A stretch of DNA of 64,000 bases, from the NCBI GenBank assembly GCA_963781415.1, contig CAWAFT010000002.1, forward strand, positions 948,129 to 1,012,128. Reading direction: 5' to 3'. Source of the stretch: an uncultured Solirubrobacteraceae bacterium. Lineage in GTDB: Bacteria > Actinomycetota > Thermoleophilia > Solirubrobacterales > Solirubrobacteraceae. The position numbers and the translations under genes are program-made. Shown here piece after piece: positions 1 to 7,791 of the stretch; position 1 is the first letter of the stretch; each line of letters starts with the position of its first letter. The notes below the pieces were generated by a model. The model made no database searches. It saw only the letters and a list, made by a program, of their open reading frames with translations, and was not told where the DNA came from.

Positions 1-468
1 CGCTCACAGGGCTTCGCCGACGAGCTCAAGAAGCAGTGCCCGGACGGCGGCCTGAAGGTCGTCGCCCAGCAGCCGGGTGACTTCAACCCGGACACCGGCC
101 TGAAGGTCATGGAGAACATCCTCCAGTCCGAGAAGCAGATCGATGCCGTGTACACGCACGACGACGACATGGCCCAGGGCGTCGTCCAGGCCATCCGCAA
201 CGCGGGCCGCGAGGACGAGATGTTCCTCACGGGCGTCGGTGGCTCGCAGGACGCGATGAAGCAGATCGAGGAGGGCGGCCTGTACCGCGCGACGTTCCTC
301 TACAACCCGAGCATGGCGTCGACCGCCGTCAACATGGCGCGCCTGCTCGCACTCGGCGAGGGCTTCTCGGAGCTCGTCCCGCCGGAGGTCCCCCGGCAGA
401 TGATCGTGCCGGCCGCGGTGGTCACGAAGGACAACGTGGCCGACTACCTGCAGTACGCCTTCAACTAG
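1..468 (+). CDS. Sugar ABC transporter periplasmic substrate-binding protein (type-I PBP, ribose-binding-like), C-terminal fragment; the 5' end lies outside the window
   Basis: Frame 1 is open from base 1 (RSQGFADELKKQCPDGGLKVVAQQPGDFNPDTGLKV...) and runs into the listed 109..468 ORF. The motifs VYTHDDDMAQGVVQAIRNAG and LTGVGGSQDAMKQIEEG are typical of this fold. Confidence 0.75.
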   Translation, partial: RSQGFADELKKQCPDGGLKVVAQQPGDFNPDTGLKVMENILQSEKQIDAVYTHDDDMAQGVVQAIRNAGREDEMFLTGVGGSQDAMKQIEEGGLYRATFLYNPSMASTAVNMARLLALGEGFSELVPPEVPRQMIVPAAVVTKDNVADYLQYAFN

Positions 469-485
469 GCAGCTCGCCAGGATCC

Positions 486-522
486 GGCGGGCGGTGGGCA
501 CACGACGCGTCCACCGCCCGCC
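486..522 (+). terminator. GC-rich hairpin downstream of the binding-protein gene
   Basis: Perfect 12-bp inverted repeat GGCGGGCGGTGG / CCACCGCCCGCC with a 13-nt loop, 18 nt after the stop at 468. It has no clear U-tract. Confidence 0.4.
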
Positions 523-574
523 GCGGCAGCGGTGCCCGACCTTGGGTCCGCATATGGACCCCAGGGTCGGGAGG
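523..574 (+). repeat. Copy A of a 52-nt imperfect-palindrome element
   Basis: GCGGCAGCGGTGCCCGACCTTGGGTCCGCATATGGACCCCAGGGTCGGGAGG. The arms CCCGACCTTGGGTCC / GGACCCCAGGGTCGGG surround GCATAT. About 46/52 positions are identical to copy B at 1639..1690, in the same orientation. Confidence 0.8.
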
Positions 575-582
575 CGGCGCGA

Positions 583-1500
583 TCAGCCGGTGTCGCCAGG
601 CGGCGCAAAGTCTGTGCCGGGCCGCCGCCCGACAGCCCCGGCCGTCGCAGGAGCGATCCATGTCATGGCGAGGCTCGCCGGACCGACCCCGAGCGAGGTG
701 GGGCTGTTCTGGTAGACGCTCAGCCGCACCACGTCCCCGGCGTTGAGGCGGGTCTGCCCTGACAAGGTCTGATCGGTGTTCGTCAGGTTCGCCCGCTCCC
801 ACACAGAGGCGATCGCGACCGCGTTCACGGTGATGCCGACGTACCGGCTGCCGTTGGGCTCCGAGGCCCACCTCACCGCACCCGCGATGTCGTAGATGCC
901 CGTGACCGGCGCGGTCAGGCGCGCGGTGTCGCCGGCGGTGCTGTGCAGGTCGGCCGTGTCGTAAGACTCGCCGGGGAAGGCAATCGTCTCGACCGTGGTG
1001 GGAGCGACCGCTTGCGGACCGGCGCTCTCGGCGCGCGCGCTGGGGACCGTGCCGATGCGGGAGATCCCGACCGCCCCCGGGGCGATCTTGGCGTTCGTCA
1101 CAGCCCCGTCGACGATCTGGTCGGTGCCGACGGCGTTCGCCGCCATCTTCGCCAGCGTGACGGCGCCGTCGGCGAGCTTGGCGATGGTGATCGCGCCGTC
1201 CCTCACGGACGGGCTCGGAAAGCTCCCGGCCAGGTCCCCCCCGGCCGTCCCGAGGGGGCCGGCGGGGCCGGTGGGGCCCGCCGGGCCTGGCGGACCCACG
1301 AGTTTGCGGCGCAGCCGCTTGAAGATCGCCTTGATCAGCGCGCGGTCCTTGCCGGCGTCGGGATGGCGGGTGGCGGCGGCAGAGCGGCTCGCGGCCGCGG
1401 CGTGGCCGGGTGCTGCGCCGGCCGGCCCTGACGCGGCAACGGTGACGGCGACCGCCCCTGTGGCGGCCCACCCGAGGAGACTGCGGACCTTGCGCTGCAC
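583..1500 (-). CDS. Secreted collagen-like repeat protein with a C1q/TNF-like (BclA-like) C-terminal jelly-roll
   Basis: It has an N-terminal signal-like segment (AATGAVAVTVAASGPAGA). A short GXY run (GPPGPAGPTGPAGPLG) follows, then repeats of the DGAITIAKLADGAVTLAKMAANAVGTDQIVDGAVTNAKIAPGAV type. The C-terminal about 130 aa follow a C1q-like pattern (TAPVTGIYDIAGAVRW...LNAGDVVRLSVYQ...). The call is by motif only. Confidence 0.6.
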   Translation of the reverse strand: MQRKVRSLLGWAATGAVAVTVAASGPAGAAPGHAAAASRSAAATRHPDAGKDRALIKAIFKRLRRKLVGPPGPAGPTGPAGPLGTAGGDLAGSFPSPSVRDGAITIAKLADGAVTLAKMAANAVGTDQIVDGAVTNAKIAPGAVGISRIGTVPSARAESAGPQAVAPTTVETIAFPGESYDTADLHSTAGDTARLTAPVTGIYDIAGAVRWASEPNGSRYVGITVNAVAIASVWERANLTNTDQTLSGQTRLNAGDVVRLSVYQNSPTSLGVGPASLAMTWIAPATAGAVGRRPGTDFAPPGDTG

Positions 1501-1638
1501 GTGTGTTGCCCCCCAAGGGTGTCGTCGTCGTCATCGCGCGAGGCCGCGCGCGTCGCGCACTCTCCCGCCTCCCGTCCGTGCTGTCAACCCTGAGTCGGCA
1601 CGTCCCCGCCCGGGCCGAGCCGCCCCGATGGACCCGCT

Positions 1639-1690
1639 GCGGAAGCGGTGCCCGAGCTTGGGTCCGCATATGAGCCCCAAGGTCGGGAAC
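1639..1690 (+). repeat. Copy B of the 52-nt imperfect-palindrome element
   Basis: GCGGAAGCGGTGCCCGAGCTTGGGTCCGCATATGAGCCCCAAGGTCGGGAAC, about 140 nt upstream of the collagen-like gene start. Confidence 0.8.
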
Positions 1691-1970
1691 CCCGGTGCTC
1701 GGTCTGGCTACTCCGTCGCCGCGATGAACTGCGGCATGCGTGTGGTAGATCTCCGTTCAACCCGCGATCCGCCGAAGGTCCCTTAGTGCCCGCCCGCGGC
1801 GGAGGTGGTGGAATCGCCGCTCTTGAGAAGCCGGTCGCTACTGGTTGACCGACGAGATCGCCTGCCCGGAGAAGGCGCGCCTGCCGCACCTGACCGACGG
1901 GAAACAGACGGTCCGAGGTGAAAAGGCGAGGCGCCGCCGCGACTGAGTCCCTGCCAGATGCCCTACACGC

Positions 1971-2636
1971 CTACCAGCGGTCGCTGAACAGCTCGAAGCT
2001 GTCCGGCCCCTGGTGGGACTCCGCCAGGACGGTGATGGCGTCGACGACGCGGCGAAGTTCCTCGATCTGCGGGCGCGCGTTGATGCCCATGCGATCGCTC
2101 TCACGCTCGAAGGCTGCTGCGAGCTCGCGGTAGTAGACGCGGGTCGCGAGTCCCTGGCCCTGGCGGAAGCGCGCCCAGACCTCGTCGCCATGGGTGCGGT
2201 AGTCGATCAGGATGGAACGGGCGTTGTGCAGCTTGTCCGCCAGCGACACCCGCAGCGCGGCGGGCGTCTTGGTGGGAAAGGAGGCGAGGTAGTCGCGCTT
2301 GCGCTCGATCCAGCCGCGCTTCCCCGACCCCTCGTCGACCGAGTCGCTATTGGCCAACACGATCGCGGCGACAGCAGCGCCGAAGCGCTCCTCGATCTCG
2401 GCGAGCGCATCCGAGCCCCCGCCGTCCTCCACGACGTCGTGCAGCAGCGCGCCGATCGCCTCGTCCTCGTCGCAGCGCATCTCGAGCGCGAGCGACGCCA
2501 CCGCGAGCAGGTGCGCCGCATAGGGGACGGGCGTCCCCTTGCGCAACTGCTTGGCGTGATGACGCGTCGCGTAGTGCAGCGCCTCATCGAAGCGCTGGGT
2601 CAGCAGCGGAGAATCCGTGAAGGCCTCGTCGGTCAC
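1971..2636 (-). CDS. HD-domain metal-dependent phosphohydrolase
   Basis: This is the C-terminal two thirds of the listed 1971..3026 ORF. The sequence HYATRHHAKQLRKGTPVPYAAHLLAVASL...LLHDVVED contains the H..HD signature. Start is set at GTG 2636 (VTDEAFTDSPLL) because the upstream gene stops at 2650. Confidence 0.8.
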   Translation of the reverse strand: MTDEAFTDSPLLTQRFDEALHYATRHHAKQLRKGTPVPYAAHLLAVASLALEMRCDEDEAIGALLHDVVEDGGGSDALAEIEERFGAAVAAIVLANSDSVDEGSGKRGWIERKRDYLASFPTKTPAALRVSLADKLHNARSILIDYRTHGDEVWARFRQGQGLATRVYYRELAAAFERESDRMGINARPQIEELRRVVDAITVLAESHQGPDSFELFSDRW

Positions 2637-2649
2637 AGACGAGCTACGA

Positions 2650-3534
2650 CTAGAGCTCGTCGGCAGCGAAGGTGTCGCAGTCGCCCGGATCGCCGTTCTC
2701 GCGGCCGGTGTCGAACCAGCGCCGGCGCTGTGCACTCGTTCCGTGAGTGAACGATTCGGGGTGCACGCCGGCGCCGGAGCGCCGCTGCAGCCGATCGTCG
2801 CCAACCGACGAGGCCGCGTCGAGCGCCTCGGCCACGTCGCCCTTCTCGAGGTCGCCGGCCTCGAAGACCGAGCGCGCCCAGACCCCGGCGTAGCAGTCGG
2901 CCTGGAGCTCGAGGCGGACCGACAGCGCGTTGGCGTCGTCGGGCGAGTCGCGCCGGGCCGCATCGACATCACCGGACGTGCCGAGCAGCTCCTGGACGTG
3001 GTGGCCGGTCTCGTGAGCGATGACATAGGCCCAGGCGAAATCGCCGCCCCTGCCGCCGAGCTCCGTCTTCATGTCGCCGTAGAAGCTGAGGTCCAGGTAG
3101 ACGCGCTGGTCGGGCGGACAGTAGAACGGCCCGACGTCCGAGGAGGCTGAGCCGCAACCGGTACTGACCCCGCCCGTGAACAGCACGAGCTTCGCGCGCC
3201 GGTAGCTCTTGCCCTCGCCGCGGAAGATCTCGGTCCACGCGTCCTGCGCGTCCGAGAACACATAGGAACTGAAATCCTTCAGGTCCCGGTCGGGGTCCTG
3301 CGCGGCCGGGATCGGGTCGCTCTGCACCGGCGCGCCGCCGCTCAGGCCACCCGGGATGTCGAACCCGGAGCCGCCGCCGAGGATCTGGGTGGCCAGCACG
3401 ATGAGCACGCCGACGATTCCCAGGCCGCCGCCCGCGCGCCCGATCGGCAGGCCGCCCATACCAGTGCCCCCTCGGCGCGCTCCGCGTGCATCGATGACGT
3501 CGCCGGCGCGTCCCCCGCCACGCTTCCATTTCAT
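2650..3534 (-). CDS. YpfJ-family neutral zinc metallopeptidase (membrane-anchored)
   Basis: The N-terminus MKWKRGGGRAGDVIDARG is followed by a TM segment and an HExxH motif (AHETGHHVQ). The conserved tail is LELQADCYAGVWA...HGTSAQRRRWF. Start is placed at the second Met of the 2650..3561 ORF. Confidence 0.85.
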   Translation of the reverse strand: MKWKRGGGRAGDVIDARGARRGGTGMGGLPIGRAGGGLGIVGVLIVLATQILGGGSGFDIPGGLSGGAPVQSDPIPAAQDPDRDLKDFSSYVFSDAQDAWTEIFRGEGKSYRRAKLVLFTGGVSTGCGSASSDVGPFYCPPDQRVYLDLSFYGDMKTELGGRGGDFAWAYVIAHETGHHVQELLGTSGDVDAARRDSPDDANALSVRLELQADCYAGVWARSVFEAGDLEKGDVAEALDAASSVGDDRLQRRSGAGVHPESFTHGTSAQRRRWFDTGRENGDPGDCDTFAADEL

Positions 3535-3701
3535 GCGCTCACGGTACCCGTCACCAGCCACTCATCACTGCTGACGCACGGGCGGCCTCCGTGGCGCAGA
3601 CAGGCGGATTTGTAGGTTGCGGGGCCAGGGAAGTGGCGCCACCACCATGAGACGGCGGGTAGCGTGCTCATCGACAGGGCGGCGCAAGACGGGAGTGCGG
3701 C

Positions 3702-6700
3702 ATGAGACGGTTCGGACGACGTGGCATGGGCTGGGTCGCGGCAATGGCCGCGACGTTGCTGACGGCCGGCCTGACGCCGGCGCCGGCGCACGCCGCCGGG
3801 GACGAACCGCTCAAGCTCGACGTCCTCTTCGTCGGCGCCCACCCCGACGACGAGACCTTCGCGATCCCGTCGTTCGGCATGTGGGGCGAGTACGACGACG
3901 TCACGTCCGGCGTGCTCACCGTGACCCGCGGCGAGGGAGGCGGCAACGCGATCGGCCCGGAGGAGGGCGAGCCGCTCGGGCTGCTGCGTGAGGCCGAGGA
4001 GCGGCGTGCCGTCGGTCACGGCGGGGTGGAGGACATCTTCTACCTGGACGACGTCGACTTCTTCTACACGGTGAGCGCCCCGCTGACGGAGGAGCTGTGG
4101 GGTCACCGCGCTTCGCTGTCGCGCACCGTGCGGATCATCCGCAGGACCCGGCCCGAGGTCATCATGACCATGAACCCGTCGCCGACTCCGGGCAACCACG
4201 GCAACCATCAGTACGCCGCCCGGCTTGCCGTCGAGGCCTTCTACGCGGCCGCCGACCCGAAGGCGTTCCCGGCCCAGATCAAGCGCGAGGGTCTGCGCCC
4301 GTGGACCGTCAAGCGCATCGTGCAGGAAGCGCTCGCCACGGTCGGCCCGGACGCCGTCGCGGGCACGATCGTCACCGAGGCCGGGGCCCAGACGCCCGTG
4401 GCCACGAACGAAGACGAGTGCTCCCGCGCAGAGGGCACCGACCCCACCGACGTCGTCTTCAACGTCTGGCGCGGGCGCTACTCGAGGGAGAACGGCACGT
4501 CGTGGGCCGTCGTCGGCTCGCGGGCGGCCAACGAATACGCATCGCAGGGTTTCTCGGGTCCGATCGCCGCCGCGTTCGGCGCGTTCTTTCTCGGCTTCTG
4601 CGACCAGCTCACCGAGATCGACAGCCGGGTCCCGACGACCCTGCCGGCGCGCGGTGAGGCGGCCGTGTTCGAGGGCACGCGGGCGCCCTCCGGCGGAGGC
4701 ATGCCCGCGGGCTCGCTGTTCTACCTCGCGTCGGGCCGCTTCGGCGTCGTCGGCGGCCTGCCCTTCAAGGTCACTGCGCACGCACAGAGCGCGGCGACCC
4801 TCGGGTCCGCGACCGTGGCGCTCACCGTCCCCGACGGCTGGACCGTGACGGGCGACGGCGACCTCGGCACGCTGCCCGCACAACGAGATCGCTCGGCGAC
4901 GTTCACCGTCACCCCCCCTGCCGGCGCAGCACCCGGACGGGTGCGCCTCGGCGCTGAACTGACCGTCGGCGATGCGACCGCCACGACGGTGGAACCCGTC
5001 CAGGTGATCCCCGCGGTCCGCGCGACGCTGGCACCGCTCCCCCACGTCGCCGAGTTCCGGACGTGGGCGCGCGCCAACGCCCCGGCGCTCGACAATCTGC
5101 TGCTCGACCGGCAGTCGATCGGGACCGGCGAGACGCGCACGATCGGCGTGACGCTGACCAACGACGGCAACCGGACCGAGACGGGGGACGTCTCGCTGAC
5201 CGTCCCGGCGGGGTTCGAAGCCGAGCCGGCCACGATCGCCTACGACGGGCTCGCCGCCGGCGCGCGGCAGCGCGTGGACTTCCGCGTCACCAACACGGAT
5301 GCGTCGCTGGCGACCTCGAACGACGGCGGCGATTACCCCGTCACGGTGACCGCGACGAGCACGAGCGGCGAGAGCACCGAACCCGCCGCGCTGAACCTGG
5401 TGCCGGTGACGTCGATCCCCGAAGCCGTCAAGGCTCCCGCCGTCGACGGGACCGAGACCGTCGGTGAGTACACCGGAGATCCCCTGGACCTCGACCGGCA
5501 GTGGGAGGGCACGGCACCGCCGCTGACCCCGCTCGACGCGTCCGGTAGCGCCAAGCTGATGCGCACCGCCGACGCGCTGTACCTCGTCGTGCAGGTCACC
5601 GACAACCGCAAGGGCGCGGTCCTGACCCCGAGCGACTGCAAGCGCCACTGGCGCACCGACTCGGTCGAGATCGCCATCGACCCGCGGTCCGGCTCCGAGA
5701 ACACCTCGACCACCTTCAAGGCCGCGGTGCTGCCGGAGACCGACGACCCGCAGGGGGGCAACCCGCCCTGCTTCTCGCGCGACGCCGACAACCATCAGGG
5801 CCCGGGCGCCGAGACCGCACCGGGAATGCAGGTTGCGTCCTCCGTCTCGTCGCCGTACCGCGGATACACCATCGAGGCGAAGATCCCGTTCTCCGTCCTG
5901 CCGGCCGCGATCGATCCCACGCGGATGGGCTTCAACCTGTTCATCTACGACTCCGACACCACGGACAAGACCGGCCTGCACCGGCTGGGATGGTCGACCT
6001 GGGGCGGTGTCCAGGGCGATCCCTACCGCTGGGGTCACGCGACGCTACCCGGCTACACGGCACCCGCCGGGATGCCCACGCAAGCGCCGGCTCCGAAGGT
6101 GCCCGACACCGCCGCGCAGAGCATCGCCTCGCCTCAGTCGATCCTCCAGTCGGTGCGCAACGACGTCCCACCGGGCGGCCATCAGGCCGCCGGTCCGGGG
6201 CGCACCGCGCTCATCCGCTCGGCAACGATCAGTGGAGAGGAGCTCGTCGCGGTGCTCGAGACGCGCGGGCCGGGCACGGCGCACCTCTTCGCGCACGACG
6301 GCGATGACACCCTCGCCCACACGAAGGTCGTGCGCGACAGTGCCGGGGTCTCCACGGTCCGCTGGCAACTCGACGCCGCGCAGCGACTCGCCATGGAGAA
6401 GCAGGGCTCGGTGCTCCTCGGCTTCGCCACGCCCGACGGCGGGACCGTCGCGCGGAGTCTCCGCGTGGGCGAGACCGCCGCGTCGCCGTGCACCCCGACG
6501 CGTGCGCGCGGGTTCCGCCGCGTGCAGATCCGCGGTGGCCGCAAGCTCCGGGTCCAGGTCGTGCGGCGGCTGAAGCGCTCCTACCGCTTCGAGATCCGTC
6601 GCGTCGGCGGCAAGCGCGTTGCCAGCCGGCGCACGCGTGCCGGGCGATTCGCCTTCAAGCGCTCCGTTCCCCGCGGCTCGTACCGGCTGCGCGTGCAGAT

Positions 6701-6800
6701 GCGGCTCCCCGGCGGCGAGAAGGACACGCGCCAGGCCGCCGCTCGCCTGCGCAAGAGCGGCTGGAAGGTGGGCAAGGTCCGCAGGCTGCGGACCTGCTGA
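3702..6800 (+). CDS. Secreted multidomain protein: PIG-L/LmbE-type de-N-acetylase, NEW3-like Ig domains, CBM9-like sugar-binding domain and a basic Ig-like tail
   Basis: It has a signal peptide (AAMAATLLTAGLTPAPAHA). The PIG-L signature VGAHPDDETF and NPSPTPGNHGNHQ follow, then two NEW3-like segments (TFTVTPPAGAAPGRV, DVSLTVPAGFEAEP). A CBM9-like block comes next (DSVEIAIDP...GFNLFIYDSD...WGGVQGDPYRWGHATL). The C-terminal 100 aa are Arg/Lys-rich. Confidence 0.75.
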   Translation: MRRFGRRGMGWVAAMAATLLTAGLTPAPAHAAGDEPLKLDVLFVGAHPDDETFAIPSFGMWGEYDDVTSGVLTVTRGEGGGNAIGPEEGEPLGLLREAEERRAVGHGGVEDIFYLDDVDFFYTVSAPLTEELWGHRASLSRTVRIIRRTRPEVIMTMNPSPTPGNHGNHQYAARLAVEAFYAAADPKAFPAQIKREGLRPWTVKRIVQEALATVGPDAVAGTIVTEAGAQTPVATNEDECSRAEGTDPTDVVFNVWRGRYSRENGTSWAVVGSRAANEYASQGFSGPIAAAFGAFFLGFCDQLTEIDSRVPTTLPARGEAAVFEGTRAPSGGGMPAGSLFYLASGRFGVVGGLPFKVTAHAQSAATLGSATVALTVPDGWTVTGDGDLGTLPAQRDRSATFTVTPPAGAAPGRVRLGAELTVGDATATTVEPVQVIPAVRATLAPLPHVAEFRTWARANAPALDNLLLDRQSIGTGETRTIGVTLTNDGNRTETGDVSLTVPAGFEAEPATIAYDGLAAGARQRVDFRVTNTDASLATSNDGGDYPVTVTATSTSGESTEPAALNLVPVTSIPEAVKAPAVDGTETVGEYTGDPLDLDRQWEGTAPPLTPLDASGSAKLMRTADALYLVVQVTDNRKGAVLTPSDCKRHWRTDSVEIAIDPRSGSENTSTTFKAAVLPETDDPQGGNPPCFSRDADNHQGPGAETAPGMQVASSVSSPYRGYTIEAKIPFSVLPAAIDPTRMGFNLFIYDSDTTDKTGLHRLGWSTWGGVQGDPYRWGHATLPGYTAPAGMPTQAPAPKVPDTAAQSIASPQSILQSVRNDVPPGGHQAAGPGRTALIRSATISGEELVAVLETRGPGTAHLFAHDGDDTLAHTKVVRDSAGVSTVRWQLDAAQRLAMEKQGSVLLGFATPDGGTVARSLRVGETAASPCTPTRARGFRRVQIRGGRKLRVQVVRRLKRSYRFEIRRVGGKRVASRRTRAGRFAFKRSVPRGSYRLRVQMRLPGGEKDTRQAAARLRKSGWKVGKVRRLRTC

Positions 6801-6821
6801 GCCAGAGGCCGGACGGAGCGT

Positions 6822-6844
6822 GAGCGCCTGGGCCGCGGGCGCTC
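6822..6844. terminator. Hairpin between convergent genes
   Basis: GAGCGCC-TGGGCCGCG-GGCGCTC, between the stops at 6800 (+) and 6847 (-). Confidence 0.35.
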
Positions 6845-6846
6845 GC

Positions 6847-7692
6847 CTAGCGACCTCGCGCTCCTGCCAGCGCCGGTGCCGTGGCCGCCGTCAGATCCCG
6901 GAGCGCTACCTCGGCCCGCCTCTGGTCCGCGGCGTGATCATCCCGGAGCGCCCAGGCGCGCTGGGACAGCGGGTAGGCGTAGTCGCGCAGACGGTTCAGC
7001 ATGCCCGCCGGCTCGAGACCGCCACCGCAGTTGAACGGGTTGAAGCGCAGCGCGTCGAAGGCATCGGGCAGTTGCGACCGGATCCCCAGCTCGCCGACCC
7101 GCTCGAAGCGCCCGGTCGCCGTCGCGATCACCAGTTCAAAGCGCAGCGCGCCGGTGGCCGCGGCGCGTGCGAGCCGGTCGAACTCGTCACCCTCACTCGG
7201 ACGCGGCGACCCGGCGACCGGCCGCACCCCGATGACGAACGTATCCTCCCCGGCGCGATAGGGGAGCGACGACGAGTAGAGGCGCTGCTGCACGTCGGCG
7301 GAGGGCAGGAAGATGTGGCGCAGCACTGGCGCTTCGGCGGAGCTGACGGCAAGGAGGTCCTGATGGCGACCGGGGCCATAGGCGTCCGGAACCCGGACCG
7401 CGACGCCGAGCAGGTCGGGCAGCGGCCGCGGCAGCCCCACCGACCGCGAGAAGCGCACGAGGGCCGGGTGCGTCGCCGCGGTGCTCAGCAGCGTCGAGGC
7501 GCCCGGAGCGGCGTCCGCACCGTCGATGCTCAGCTCGGCCGCGTAGGTGACACCGTGCGGGTGCACGGCCTTGCCGCTGCGCAGCCACGCCAGCGACGCG
7601 AGCACGCTGCCGACGGCCAGGCCGGCAGCGTCGACGGCGACCCGGGCCGGGGCCGGCAGCCTGTGTCTCGCGCGCTTCCCTAGATCGGTCAC
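6847..7692 (-). CDS. Catalase-core-related protein of unknown function
   Basis: The pattern LVRFSRSVGLP...DLLGVAVRV...QDLLAVSS and the C-terminal FNPFN..GLEPAGMLNRLRDYAYPLSQRAW resemble the catalase beta-barrel core family. Heme ligands were not verified. Confidence 0.45.
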   Translation of the reverse strand: MTDLGKRARHRLPAPARVAVDAAGLAVGSVLASLAWLRSGKAVHPHGVTYAAELSIDGADAAPGASTLLSTAATHPALVRFSRSVGLPRPLPDLLGVAVRVPDAYGPGRHQDLLAVSSAEAPVLRHIFLPSADVQQRLYSSSLPYRAGEDTFVIGVRPVAGSPRPSEGDEFDRLARAAATGALRFELVIATATGRFERVGELGIRSQLPDAFDALRFNPFNCGGGLEPAGMLNRLRDYAYPLSQRAWALRDDHAADQRRAEVALRDLTAATAPALAGARGR

Positions 7693-7791
7693 CCCCCTCG
7701 GCTACCCATGGCCCCCGGTTCCGACGCTCGCGCTTGCGGCCTCGTTGTCTTGGTGCACCGTCCCTTCAGGGGACTCCCGGTTCGGAGCCCG

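Noticed and set aside
1800-1955. Cobalamin-riboswitch-like motif order on the plus strand (GGTGGAATC ... GCTACTGG ... GGAGAAGGCG ... GAGTCCCTGCC)
   Set aside because: The B12 box is badly degenerate and the central conserved core is missing. The element would point into the 3' end of a convergent gene with nothing to regulate. This is most likely chance similarity in GC-rich DNA. A cmscan run would settle it.
1918-2133. 71-aa plus-strand ORF and other short ORFs in the 1501-1970 gap
   Set aside because: They overlap the HD-domain gene antisense or have Arg/Ser/Pro-rich artefactual composition. The 470-bp gap is left unannotated.
3531-6038. 835-aa ORF on the minus strand
   Set aside because: It is entirely antisense to the well-supported PIG-L multidomain gene. 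Its Arg/Gly/Asp/Val-rich composition is typical of antisense frames in high-GC DNA, and it has no motif.
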